Source of the DNA: TPA_inf: Saccharomyces | Lineage: Eukaryota | Direction of reading: 5' to 3' | DNA: 64,000 nucleotides | NCBI GenBank assembly: GCA_000146045.2 | Contig: BK006938.2 | Location: 640,001-704,000 of the forward strand | In this document: positions 21,173 to 31,268 of the stretch, in pieces | Numbering within the stretch: the stretch's first letter is position 1 | How the letters are laid out: each line of letters starts with the position of its first letter | The notes under the pieces: generated by a model | The model's input: the letters and a program-made list of their open reading frames with translations, nothing else | Databases searched by the model: none | What the model was told of the DNA's origin: nothing | Made by a program: the position numbers and the translations under genes

Positions 21173-24100
21173 TTACATAGTTTGATTCCGTGAATTTGAA
21201 GTGGACGCAGTTCTTCTTAGTCTTTCAAGTTCATAGTAAATAGACATTACCCAAAGATCTCTTTCCTGTCTTGATCTTGCCATGAAAACCATTGACTTGC
21301 CGCTCACACCTAACTTTTTAGTGAAATGGATCTTATCTGTGTTACTTGGAACATTAGAGTTATTCAAGTCAGCTTCCGGAGCAGAAGGTGGGTCAATATT
21401 ATTATCTTGTCTACCATAATCTTGCGTATATTGCTTTTCATTCCCTTTCTTCTGTAAGCGATTGCTAGAAAGGGCACGCCTTGTTCCAAACCAAAGCGTA
21501 AAGCATCGCGAACTCTCGTCTTCTACAGATCGCCATCCGTCCCCATAAACTCGTGGGAGAGCGTGGGATCCATAGTTTATTTCGTCAAAAGTACGATCTC
21601 TCTGCAGAAGGTCTAGTTCTGTTGTGGTCCCAGAGTATAGGTAGCAATCGTCAATCGGAATGGTTACATAATGAGCATACTCCAAAACTTCCTTAGCAAA
21701 ACCTGTGGTTGATCTATGAAAGCAGTGGAACAGTACAATAAAACCTGATATCAAAACGACGTAGTACTTCGAGAAAACAGAATGCTTGTGCGGCTTTTGA
21801 TATAAAGGTCCCTTTTGAATTAACGGCCTACTTAATGATATTCCATTTGCATTAAAGGTTTGCTCATCTGCACGCCCATGTTCTACGATCCAGCGCAATG
21901 TATTCTCACCAATTTTTGTTTCCTCTTCTCCATTTAGCATCAAAAGACCTGCATTTGAACGCCTTATTTTTAAAAGCCTCTCCGTATCTTCCCTTTGCTT
22001 GTTTTTCCAATAGGATATCATTTGTTTCAGCTTTATGACCCACTCTTCAGCAACTGTTGCTGATGTAGCAAGCAGCTTCAAGAGGAGTCCATTTGAGGTT
22101 TCTATATTTATTACGGACCGTGAAACATCATCAATCTCGTAGTTTCTATGCCAAAAGATTTCACTAGCTTCCTTGTAAACCCCATATTTTATTTTGTCTG
22201 CTTCGTAATCAGTCCTTGTTCCTTGATATATATCTTTCACCTCAGTTAGGTCAATCACATTGTCCGTTTTTAGTATTTGATCAATCCTTCTATGAAAACA
22301 ATGGAAAGCATAGAAATCTCTGGAATCATATTCACTTTGGGTCGTTTGACAGTTCATCCACTCGATGTGATCATTTGTGTCTAAGGGATAAGGTTGTTGC
22401 TCGTAAACCTCTGGAATTTTCTTCCACTGTTTCCAAATTTCTTCTTTTTCTATTTCTGTGCTAGTGTCGTCAATCATCGAATCTATAGGCAATGGTGGGT
22501 TTGCTCTATATGCTTTCATCGAAAAAAGCAAATTCTCACACGTGAAGAAGTAAGCTGTTGAAATACTATATTTACCAAAATTTGTCCTCGCAGAGCCATA
22601 CTTGTCAGTCAATCTTATTAAAAAACCTTCAATAGGTGTTGGTTCTTTCAGACATTTTCCTTCTAAAGATTTTGTTTCCCTTAAACGATTCGCAATTGGC
22701 CTGTACTGGATTAGGTGAGATTGACAAAATGCAAAAATTCCAGTTACCAGAGAATCTTCATCACATGGAATCCACTCCAATCTATCATATCTTTTCAGGG
22801 CACATCCTAGTACAGGATTTTCTGTATCCCATTTTCTAATCAGATAGTCATAATGCGCCAATTTTAATTTCTCCAAAATAGCAACTGTGAAATATCGTAA
22901 AATGGGATGCTGGAAAATTTTATAACCTCTTTGAAGAAAACATATTTTTAATCTATCTTTTTCCTGCTTCCCTAAATCTATTAGCTTTTGGAATATAATT
23001 TCATTCAAGTTTATTTTTATCGAGATCTCAGTTAATGGAATTTTCAAGTTGATGGCAGGTGTAAATAGTTGTCGGTCCAAAGATTCTAGTAGAAATTTGT
23101 ACCATCTACCAGACGAACGAATACTGCTGCATCTTAAGATAAAAATTTTAATGGGGGAATAGTGTTTTAATTCGTCCTTCTTTTCAATACTCTCGTCTAT
23201 AAACCCACCTAACCGCTTATCAGGCTTTTGTATGGATATAGTTTTGTCTAGAGAGCTGTAGAATTTTACAATACAATTTCTTGAAAGAAAAAAATCCAAC
23301 GGGTTGCGGTGATACTTTGTAGCTATGGAACTGATATCTTCGATTTCTGGGATATGACGATGACGATAGAACTGTAAAAGTATCGGGGGATCGAATCTTC
23401 CCGTGGATCTTGCAATAACAATATATTCTTTCCACCGTTCACTGACCCTTGTATCAAAGCACTCGTTTTCAGAGAAGTTGGGAAGTGGTACTTTATTTTG
23501 TATAGCTTCTTTTACCATCACTAGCATTTTTTCTTTTTTAAGGATCTGACCGGTGCGTTTCTTGACAGTTGCTTTATTTGTTAGTGAATTTGTCATACCT
23601 AAGAAAGTTCCAACACTATCTTTGATTTTGCAGCTAGTTTTGTTTCGAGCATTGTGAACATGTTTTCTTATATGATGAGAATGTTTAGAGGCTAGCCTAT
23701 CGTGTATAATTCTCTCTTCCTCCGTCAGTTCGGTAGGCCATGGAGGTAGGATATTAATAAACGGAAGATGACTCGAATGCAACTTACCAATGTCCACGCA
23801 TGAACCTCTTTCTCTTTTTTGAAAGGCATCCGCACTTTTACGTCTTTCATCGAGATAAGTCCCATATTTCTGGGATGTTTTCCACAGCATCAAGTTTTCC
23901 TTTTCCATACTTTGTAGAGCATTAAAAAAAATCTTTTCATTTGCATTTAATCCCACGTTATTGATAGTATTAGATGTTGAAAAGCCATCACTTAGGTCAT
24001 TCGAGTTAACAAATTGTCCTGATCTACTTAGAATACTATTTGGGGCGGGGCTTGTCCGATTTGTTACTTCAATTATACTGTCGGGATATCTCAAAGTATC

Positions 24101-24910
24101 TTCAGAAGGTTCTCTATTATAATTAAAGTCTGTTTCTCCAACACTTCTGGCTGAAGAGGGGCTCGGTATTCTATCAAAATGCGAATAATCTTTTCTGGAT
24201 ATGCTTTTTGATTCCCCTAGATCTTTTCGTTTCAAATTCGAAAGGAGTGATTTATTCCTTTTATTTGTATTTTCTTGATCTTCTTCATGTAAAACTGGGT
24301 GGATATCCACGGCTTGCGCCGTATCGATGAGAGGCAAACTATTGTTTCTAGAAAGCTCTGATTTTTTTTCTTTCAAAAGCTCTTGTCGCATGAAGTTTTG
24401 ATCGGAAGAACTCCTACACCTTCTGGGTAGACTTAATTTATATTCACTTTTCTGCACAGGACTTGACCTAGTTCTCTTCATCTCCATTTCCGCTTCTTTA
24501 AGACGATGACCGTTGTGAATTGATGTATTATCTTCATAGGACCATGTAAAGTGCTTTCTTAAGTACAATGCAGTTGGGATCTTCCCTACACGCTTTTTGT
24601 AAATTGTTCCATAGCCATATCTTCTTAGCATGTCAGATTGCTTCCTAACCTTCCGAAGTGAAATTTTAGTTAGAAGTTTCCAGACTTGATTATTTTGATC
24701 AGCGTACCATTGTTTTGGAATACCACCTAGCAAAGTCACCTGTGAACATGCTGAAAGCTCTGTAGGTGAAACATACGACAGTCTAAACGCTGTGAAGGAA
24801 TGCCGGGGAATGGTGAAGACCTTGACATTTGCATTTTGTGGTGAGCTGAAGCTAGTCACTCTCTGCGCGTACTTAACATCGTCTTCAACAACATTAACGA
24901 TAGAATCCAT
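21173..24910 (-). CDS. SPO71: Meiosis-specific prospore-membrane protein Spo71
   Basis: 1245-aa ORF; the length, position and gene order match YDR104C. Confidence 0.9.
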   Translation of the reverse strand: MDSIVNVVEDDVKYAQRVTSFSSPQNANVKVFTIPRHSFTAFRLSYVSPTELSACSQVTLLGGIPKQWYADQNNQVWKLLTKISLRKVRKQSDMLRRYGYGTIYKKRVGKIPTALYLRKHFTWSYEDNTSIHNGHRLKEAEMEMKRTRSSPVQKSEYKLSLPRRCRSSSDQNFMRQELLKEKKSELSRNNSLPLIDTAQAVDIHPVLHEEDQENTNKRNKSLLSNLKRKDLGESKSISRKDYSHFDRIPSPSSARSVGETDFNYNREPSEDTLRYPDSIIEVTNRTSPAPNSILSRSGQFVNSNDLSDGFSTSNTINNVGLNANEKIFFNALQSMEKENLMLWKTSQKYGTYLDERRKSADAFQKRERGSCVDIGKLHSSHLPFINILPPWPTELTEEERIIHDRLASKHSHHIRKHVHNARNKTSCKIKDSVGTFLGMTNSLTNKATVKKRTGQILKKEKMLVMVKEAIQNKVPLPNFSENECFDTRVSERWKEYIVIARSTGRFDPPILLQFYRHRHIPEIEDISSIATKYHRNPLDFFLSRNCIVKFYSSLDKTISIQKPDKRLGGFIDESIEKKDELKHYSPIKIFILRCSSIRSSGRWYKFLLESLDRQLFTPAINLKIPLTEISIKINLNEIIFQKLIDLGKQEKDRLKICFLQRGYKIFQHPILRYFTVAILEKLKLAHYDYLIRKWDTENPVLGCALKRYDRLEWIPCDEDSLVTGIFAFCQSHLIQYRPIANRLRETKSLEGKCLKEPTPIEGFLIRLTDKYGSARTNFGKYSISTAYFFTCENLLFSMKAYRANPPLPIDSMIDDTSTEIEKEEIWKQWKKIPEVYEQQPYPLDTNDHIEWMNCQTTQSEYDSRDFYAFHCFHRRIDQILKTDNVIDLTEVKDIYQGTRTDYEADKIKYGVYKEASEIFWHRNYEIDDVSRSVINIETSNGLLLKLLATSATVAEEWVIKLKQMISYWKNKQREDTERLLKIRRSNAGLLMLNGEEETKIGENTLRWIVEHGRADEQTFNANGISLSRPLIQKGPLYQKPHKHSVFSKYYVVLISGFIVLFHCFHRSTTGFAKEVLEYAHYVTIPIDDCYLYSGTTTELDLLQRDRTFDEINYGSHALPRVYGDGWRSVEDESSRCFTLWFGTRRALSSNRLQKKGNEKQYTQDYGRQDNNIDPPSAPEADLNNSNVPSNTDKIHFTKKLGVSGKSMVFMARSRQERDLWVMSIYYELERLRRTASTSNSRNQTM

Positions 24911-25348
24911 ATTTCGAAATGTTTCGAAGACAAATCCCTTTCTTTTACAATCACTGTATGCTGACTTTTGTTATTGATATTTTCACCAGACATTTCTTTA
25001 GCCACAATGATTTTGTTTTACCATATCTTTGAAGCACGGCGCAAACTCCGAATATCGCATAAAGAAGGTTGAGAGAATGTTTTCTACCTTTAAAAGAAGA
25101 AAAGAGATCCTTCGAAAACGGTCGATCGATAATAACTGTAATTGGCATTTCAAATAAATAGAGGATAGTTAAAATAATCCTCGAGAAGCGATATCTCAAT
25201 TAGATAATTAAGATCCATTTTTTTTTGAGGGAGGTTTACTCATCTTCTTGAAACTAGTGCATGAGTATAGTAAAATTAGTGTTTCTACTGGGGGCTACTT
25301 AAAAAAAAGTTACATACATTATAAGAAAATCTTTTTGTGTTAGTCTAT

Positions 25349-26770
25349 TTAATAGTAATTCTCGTAATCAAATCTATCGGGCATAATCGCTGGGGCTACC
25401 ACTGTCCAACCGTAAAGGGCATAACATATCCATGCACTAACTATTTTTACCCAAGAATAAAAATATGTTCTTCCTACGGGTATAAAATCACCTACATCAT
25501 CCTGGGTAACGTTTATTGTTAGTAAAATTGCAATCCACTGGGTTGCCAGAAAGAATATAACGTGGAACAGAGTGTAATTGTACTTGGTTCCAGTCCTTTC
25601 ATCATCATTTTGGTTATCCATTGCGCCTGTAGGAGATGATGTCCCTAACCAAGCGGTATCATATAAGGCACTTTCCGGTAAAGATCCTTCTTCTACAGCT
25701 TGTTTAATAGCTTCATACCTCAACTGATTTCTTGTCTGTCCACCTAGTCCTTCGTACTCGATATCATTCCCGAGATATATAGCACCATTAGTATTGGTGC
25801 CTTGAAAAGCACTATTAGCAGCGGCTCTAGTTGTGGTGTAAGCAATCGCAATAAAAGTAAATAAAGAGCCCAAAATGATACTAAACTTACGGGTTCCACT
25901 AGATCTAACCAACGGATTACACATTTTGTCATCCGGTTCGGAAGACATGGCACTCATTGTCAAATAAGTACAGTAAACAGAAACCATACTACTTTGGGCC
26001 AGCCCACTTTTAGGGTTGGCCTCTTGGATCTTAGGATTCACCGATAAGACAAGCGTTATAACAGTTAATATTAAATTGACTGTTACCGCTGTTTGATTCA
26101 TGTTACATTGTTGATGACAAAACATAACATACATAACAACAGTCATGATAATCGATGCGGTATACATTGAAGTTGTCCCTAAAACCAAAAATCGTTGCCA
26201 GAATGAGGAATCTTCATCTTCTGACTCAACGTGACTAATACACGTTTCAGCCCACTCATGAGCGAAGTCTACTAATAATATAAGCCCAACCAGGATGAAA
26301 ATTGCTCCACTAGGGACTGACACCCACTTGGAAAAGAAAATATAAAAGTCATTGGGGATGACAAATGACAAAACAATGAGACATAAATACAGTATAAATT
26401 TTAAACTCCACCACGAATTCTGTAATGCTGCTCTTACGTCATTAGTCGACTTTACGCCCGTTAGTACAAGCGCCAATATCAAATGTAAGCATCCCAATGC
26501 AAAATTCAACCTATGAACTGTAAAAAATCCACATTCCCCAGTCCCAGTACATGTCTTCCCTGGCCATAGGATTGATTTGTTCGCAGAATAGGACACCCAT
26601 GATATCAATGAGTTAAGTAAAAGCCAAACGGCGTACAGAAGTCTTGTCCCTAAAGAAGAAGATCCTAGGGAAGATGCAGTCTTAGTCACCAAGTTTGAGC
26701 AGCAACCTCCAAAACAGGACGCCACGAATGAGCCCGCCATGCTAACTGGCAAAGAAATTACGGCACCCAT
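25349..26770 (-). CDS. TMS1: Serine incorporator (SERINC/TDE1) family multi-pass membrane protein Tms1
   Basis: 473 aa with about 10 predicted TM helices and a Cys-rich N-terminus (CFGGCCSN) characteristic of the Serinc family. Confidence 0.9.
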   Translation of the reverse strand: MGAVISLPVSMAGSFVASCFGGCCSNLVTKTASSLGSSSLGTRLLYAVWLLLNSLISWVSYSANKSILWPGKTCTGTGECGFFTVHRLNFALGCLHLILALVLTGVKSTNDVRAALQNSWWSLKFILYLCLIVLSFVIPNDFYIFFSKWVSVPSGAIFILVGLILLVDFAHEWAETCISHVESEDEDSSFWQRFLVLGTTSMYTASIIMTVVMYVMFCHQQCNMNQTAVTVNLILTVITLVLSVNPKIQEANPKSGLAQSSMVSVYCTYLTMSAMSSEPDDKMCNPLVRSSGTRKFSIILGSLFTFIAIAYTTTRAAANSAFQGTNTNGAIYLGNDIEYEGLGGQTRNQLRYEAIKQAVEEGSLPESALYDTAWLGTSSPTGAMDNQNDDERTGTKYNYTLFHVIFFLATQWIAILLTINVTQDDVGDFIPVGRTYFYSWVKIVSAWICYALYGWTVVAPAIMPDRFDYENYY

Positions 26771-27003
26771 GGTAGATTGTTGTACTTTGTGATGGGTATT
26801 TTGATATGAAGTAAATCTGTTGTTTGATTATAAACTTCGTTTTGGGGGCATAAAGACCTCAAAAACAGTTCTCTTTTTTGTTAGAATCTAATTGTCGGAA
26901 CTTCTATTGTAGCCGAGAGACATAAACAAAAGAGGTACAAATACTACAATATTCGACACTGTGAAATGATAAAAAAAATCTACCCAGGAAACCCTATGAG
27001 GAA

Positions 27004-27858
27004 ATGTCGAATACTATTGTGATAGTCTATTTGGGAGCTAACAGAATCGAAATTGGAAGAAGTGCTGATGCGTGTCCACAAGAAATTATCGCCTGGAAAA
27101 CAGGTAGTATTAATGAAAAAAATAGGGAAGAATTGAAAAAAATATTTGAACATTACTTCCAAATTTGCAACATCTTGGGAAATCGAGAAGTACAAGTGTT
27201 GATACTAGAAGATATCTTCATTTCTGTAGTAGAGAAAAGAATTATTTGTAGCATCTTGTTTAAGGAATTTGACTGCGCTCACGTTTCGTTTGTCCCCAGG
27301 GCCATTGTGCACTGCTTATCCTGTAATACAAGGAATGCCATAGTTATAGATATAGGTACCAATTATACTACATGCGTACCTATTTTCGACCTTAGACCTT
27401 TGCAACAGTTCATAAAATACTCAAAACGAGGCAAAAGACAGGTTGAGTCAAGAATTCCTCTCCCGGGCAGTCTCTACATGCCAATATTTTTTGACGAAGA
27501 ATACAACTCTAAAAATTGTGAAGTAGATGAAACCCCGGTAATAAATCTTGTCAAAAATATTGTAGAGTCACTTCCTATCGACTTGAGAAGGCCACTGAGA
27601 GAAAATATCATTATAGTAAACATTGAAGAGGCGTATGAAACAGTAATAAGGAATTTATTCAAGTTAAAAATGGATACGTCCAAAATCCAGTTTCCTAAAA
27701 ATTACTGGCAGGCTGGTTCTGCATGCGCGAAAATACTTCTGCACTATAAGGGGAGCAACATTGTAGGAATAGAAAGAGATGAGTTTTATAACAATCCTCA
27801 TATTGCTCCTGATTGGTTTGATTATTACTTCAGAACTGGAGTGAAGCGCTTACAATAG
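27004..27858 (+). CDS. ARP10: Actin-related protein Arp10 (dynactin subunit)
   Basis: 284-aa ORF with an actin-fold-like N-terminus; the position matches YDR106W. Confidence 0.85.
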   Translation: MSNTIVIVYLGANRIEIGRSADACPQEIIAWKTGSINEKNREELKKIFEHYFQICNILGNREVQVLILEDIFISVVEKRIICSILFKEFDCAHVSFVPRAIVHCLSCNTRNAIVIDIGTNYTTCVPIFDLRPLQQFIKYSKRGKRQVESRIPLPGSLYMPIFFDEEYNSKNCEVDETPVINLVKNIVESLPIDLRRPLRENIIIVNIEEAYETVIRNLFKLKMDTSKIQFPKNYWQAGSACAKILLHYKGSNIVGIERDEFYNNPHIAPDWFDYYFRTGVKRLQ

Positions 27859-28006
27859 GCTTTATGTATATGTAGAAAACAAAAACAGGAAGTGTTCTCT
27901 TCACCAAACTGCGTCTTTCCACAACAATTAGCCTTATTGAGCTTTTGATGTAAAAGTTTATGATAGTAAAGAGCTATTTTTAACAATAGAGGAGAAAAAA
28001 TAAAAA

Positions 28007-28080
28007 TGGTCTCTAGCGGGATCGAACCGCTGATCCCCGCGTTATTAGCACGGTGCCTTAACCAACTGGGCCAAGAGACC
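28007..28080 (-). tRNA. tI(AAU): tRNA-Ile (anticodon AAU)
   Basis: The reverse complement reads GGTCTCTTGGCCCAGTTGGTTAAGGCACCGTGCTAATAACGCGGGGATCAGCGGTTCGATCCCGCTAGAGACCA. The acceptor stem is GGTCTCT/AGAGACC, with A and B boxes present and a TTTTTATTTTTT terminator on the minus strand downstream. Confidence 0.9.
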
Positions 28081-28095
28081 AATTTGGATCGAAAG

Positions 28096-28436
28096 TGTTG
28101 TATCTCAAAATGAGATATGTCAGTATGACAATACGTCATCCTAAACGTTCATAAAACACATATGAAACAACCTTATAACAAAACGAACAACATGAGATAA
28201 AACACGGCCTTCCCTAGCTGAACTACCCAAACGTATAAATGCTTGAACAATTAGTTTAGATCCGAGATTCCGCGCTTCCACCACTTAGTATGATTCATAT
28301 TTTATATAATATATAAGATAAGTAACATTCCGTGAATTAATCTGATAAACTGTTTTGACAACTGGTTACTTCCCTAAGACTGTTTATATTAGGATTGTCA
28401 AGACACTCCGGTATTACTCGAGCCCGTAATACAACA
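28096..28436 (+). repeat. Solo Ty3 sigma LTR (341 bp), 15 nt upstream of the tRNA-Ile 5' end
   Basis: It runs from TGTTGTATCTCAAAATGAGATATGTCAGTATGACAATACGTCA to CTCGAGCCCGTAATACAACA, the canonical sigma termini. Confidence 0.9.
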
Positions 28437-28542
28437 GAAAGTTAACCATTAATATTTCACCTAATTACACACTCTCCTAAAGAATTTGGATTTGATAACT
28501 ATCATGTCATTTGAAAGAGTAACTCGTTTTCAGATTTATTAT

Positions 28543-28850
28543 TGCCGGAATAAAAATAAATAAATATATCGAATAATATTCTTTATTATTAATGTCGAAT
28601 GAGTTGTTAGAAGACTTCATAACAATTATCGGATTTAATGGAAGCTGAAGTGCAAGAATTGATAATTTAATAAGATAATGAATTTAATATAAAATATAAA
28701 CGGAGAGAGAATAATGTTGTTATATAGAATTGTTGATTCCCTTTTGCGGATTTCTTATATCCTCGAGGAAAACTTCTAATATATATCCAATATAATCGTT
28801 TCCAAATTGTGAAAGAAAAAAAAATCTTCAATACAGTGTATTAGTGCTAC
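28543..28850 (+). repeat. Degenerate solo delta (Ty1/Ty2-type LTR remnant)
   Basis: It begins tgccggaataaaaataaat (compare TGTTGGAATAGAAATCAACT). It contains ggaagctgaagtgcaagaattgataatttaataagat and ends ...cttttgcggatttcttatatcctcgaggaaaacttctaatatat, matching the delta core by eye. The boundaries are approximate. Confidence 0.5.
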
Positions 28851-29015
28851 ATAAAAACGCGTTAAAACTTGCATTCCAATTTATCAAAAAGTTTGCCAGG
28901 ACATATAGGATATAAATGCATTGCGAAGTAAAACACTTCTCAAAAAATTAAAAAAAAAAAAAAAAATAAAACTAACGTATTCACTTCTTTTACTTTAGTG
29001 GAGAGAATAACGAAA

Positions 29016-31034
29016 TCACTCAACTTTAATGGCAGAGTATATCTTCCTAATAAAAAACATACTACTAAAAAAACCAATCGCTCCAGTGACGACACAACAT
29101 AATGCAGATATAATAAGTGAATATCCGAGATAGAGCACGACAGTAATAACTCCACCAAGCTTGAACTTAGTAAATAGTATGGAGTGGATGAACGTATAGA
29201 TTGAACATCCTAAACCACCAATAATAAAACTTCTCCATTGCCATAGCCAGTTTTCTAGACATAACGAGTAATATGTGATCAAGATGGTAACTAATGAGGT
29301 TGTCAAGGTCAACAATAAGAATGAAAAGAGTAAAAATCCAAACATATAAAAAATTTTGTTGAACCATAAACTGGAGTAAATGAAGTACAGCTCAACCGCT
29401 ATTGATCCGAAACTGAAAATTCCAGCGATTAAGGTTGCTTGTGCTGTTCTCAAGTACCAGGGTTGATATGGAATCTGTCTGGCGATTTGGTTTGTTTTAG
29501 TTGGATGCTCATCCCAATTACACTGCTTATGAGCAACAATTGAACCCGCAAACGACAACGGAACAGAAACTAAAAACCATAGAAGAATGATAAAGAATAG
29601 GCTTCTCGCTGGGATGACACCTGAAGAATGTGCAAATAACAAAAAGAAGTTCATTATTACAATCAGTAAAAAAATTGCTCCAGGAAGTAATATTGGCGTT
29701 AATATCATATTCGCCTTCCAATAGGGTCCACGAAAAAATTTGTAGACACCCATTGAGGCGTAGGATCCTACAAATCCAAATAATGCATAAAGAACAAACA
29801 TTACAGTTGGCAGGGATCCTCTGGAAACAGGCGACACAAGACCTACTGCGGCAAAAAAAATGCTACACATGACCATCAAAAATAACTGCATACCGGATCC
29901 CACAAGAATGGATAGCAGCATCGACTTAGATGGGGTTCTAAATACGTCACCATGGCCCAATTTCCAGCCAGAATCTTCATGGAATTCATTATCCAAGTTT
30001 AGTTCGTTATAACGAGCGAGATCGCTTTTCAAAGCCCGTAATAGAGAATGCATTACAACAGATGACAACAAAATAACAATAACGGAAAAATTTATTAATG
30101 AAAACCATTGTATCTGCGGGTCATAAATATGTAGATACTTATCCCATCTCGTAGCCCACACTGTATCAGAGGCAACAAATTTAACAGAATAAGTGAAGTA
30201 AACCTCGTTATCCTTATCCTCGTCTAGTATCAGAGGTTTTCCCGTTGTAGAACACGCGCCAGGTGACGATCTTTCGATAGATACAGGGTTTACAATGACA
30301 CCAACAACTCGGTAATTATCGTTTCCACGATCGTGAAATTCCACTTCAATGTCAAAATGATTTACAAAGTAAGGTAATTCTACCGTTTTAACTAAATTAG
30401 GCTTAACATTCTTGGGCAGTCGAGCATCCAATATAACATCCTCATTTGAGGCCTCTGAAGTAAGCTCTTCCATCGTACTGGGAACTGCTTTACCGTCAAC
30501 GGTTTGCTTAACATCTGTAAAACCTAACTCAAATCCTGTGCCGTAATAGTTTGTTTTTGTTCTGCTATCATAAGCCTTTCTTGCTGCTGGCAATCCATCC
30601 ACGAGCCAGTTTTGGAAAAATCCACTTTTAATAAGGGTGTTGATAAATTTGGCATCTTTTCCCGGAATCGTGCTTTTACAAAGTGCAACACACTCTTTCT
30701 CCTCTAACATGTTCAATTGGAATGGGGAATTGTAAATTCTGTCACCAAATATGACTGAACCTAACGACTCAGGCTGTTTCTCAACGTGCTCTGGTCTACA
30801 AAAATGAAACCTCTTATTATAGTAATCATAGGAGTAAAGAAAATGTTCTTTATCGCCTGAAACATCGTTACCTTCCTCATCTTGATGCTGAAAGTAAATT
30901 GATGGAGTCAAGCGGTTCACCAATAGCGGGATTTCATCGCCTGAGTGATATGTTGTGGGAGATAGGCCTGGCAAGGAAAATCCTTTAGTTAAAGTTGCAT
31001 AGCAATAAATCAGCAACCAAACACCTCGTTTCAT
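29016..31034 (-). CDS. TMN2: Transmembrane nine (TM9SF/nonaspanin) family protein Tmn2
   Basis: 672 aa with a signal peptide, a large luminal N-terminal domain and nine C-terminal TM helices; the length matches YDR107C. Confidence 0.9.
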   Translation of the reverse strand: MKRGVWLLIYCYATLTKGFSLPGLSPTTYHSGDEIPLLVNRLTPSIYFQHQDEEGNDVSGDKEHFLYSYDYYNKRFHFCRPEHVEKQPESLGSVIFGDRIYNSPFQLNMLEEKECVALCKSTIPGKDAKFINTLIKSGFFQNWLVDGLPAARKAYDSRTKTNYYGTGFELGFTDVKQTVDGKAVPSTMEELTSEASNEDVILDARLPKNVKPNLVKTVELPYFVNHFDIEVEFHDRGNDNYRVVGVIVNPVSIERSSPGACSTTGKPLILDEDKDNEVYFTYSVKFVASDTVWATRWDKYLHIYDPQIQWFSLINFSVIVILLSSVVMHSLLRALKSDLARYNELNLDNEFHEDSGWKLGHGDVFRTPSKSMLLSILVGSGMQLFLMVMCSIFFAAVGLVSPVSRGSLPTVMFVLYALFGFVGSYASMGVYKFFRGPYWKANMILTPILLPGAIFLLIVIMNFFLLFAHSSGVIPARSLFFIILLWFLVSVPLSFAGSIVAHKQCNWDEHPTKTNQIARQIPYQPWYLRTAQATLIAGIFSFGSIAVELYFIYSSLWFNKIFYMFGFLLFSFLLLTLTTSLVTILITYYSLCLENWLWQWRSFIIGGLGCSIYTFIHSILFTKFKLGGVITVVLYLGYSLIISALCCVVTGAIGFFSSMFFIRKIYSAIKVE

Positions 31035-31268
31035 TACCGATTATTAATTATCAATATGTGTACTAATATAATTGTCAAAATTTATGATGTAAATTTAGGG
31101 TTCCCAACATATTTTACTCAACTGTAAACAAGTCATAATTTCCTCGGACAAAATTAGGCAAAATAACAGAAAAACCAATGGATGGGATGGGTAGGAAAAT
31201 GAGTAAGTAACCCAAACAAACGGTACCTCTTTATTCAGTCGGCTTTACAGATACTGAGGTAACTTATA

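Noticed and set aside
27825-28139. 104-aa minus-strand ORF spanning the ARP10 3' end, tRNA-Ile and the sigma start
   Set aside because: It runs through a tRNA gene and an LTR, so it is not a plausible protein-coding gene.
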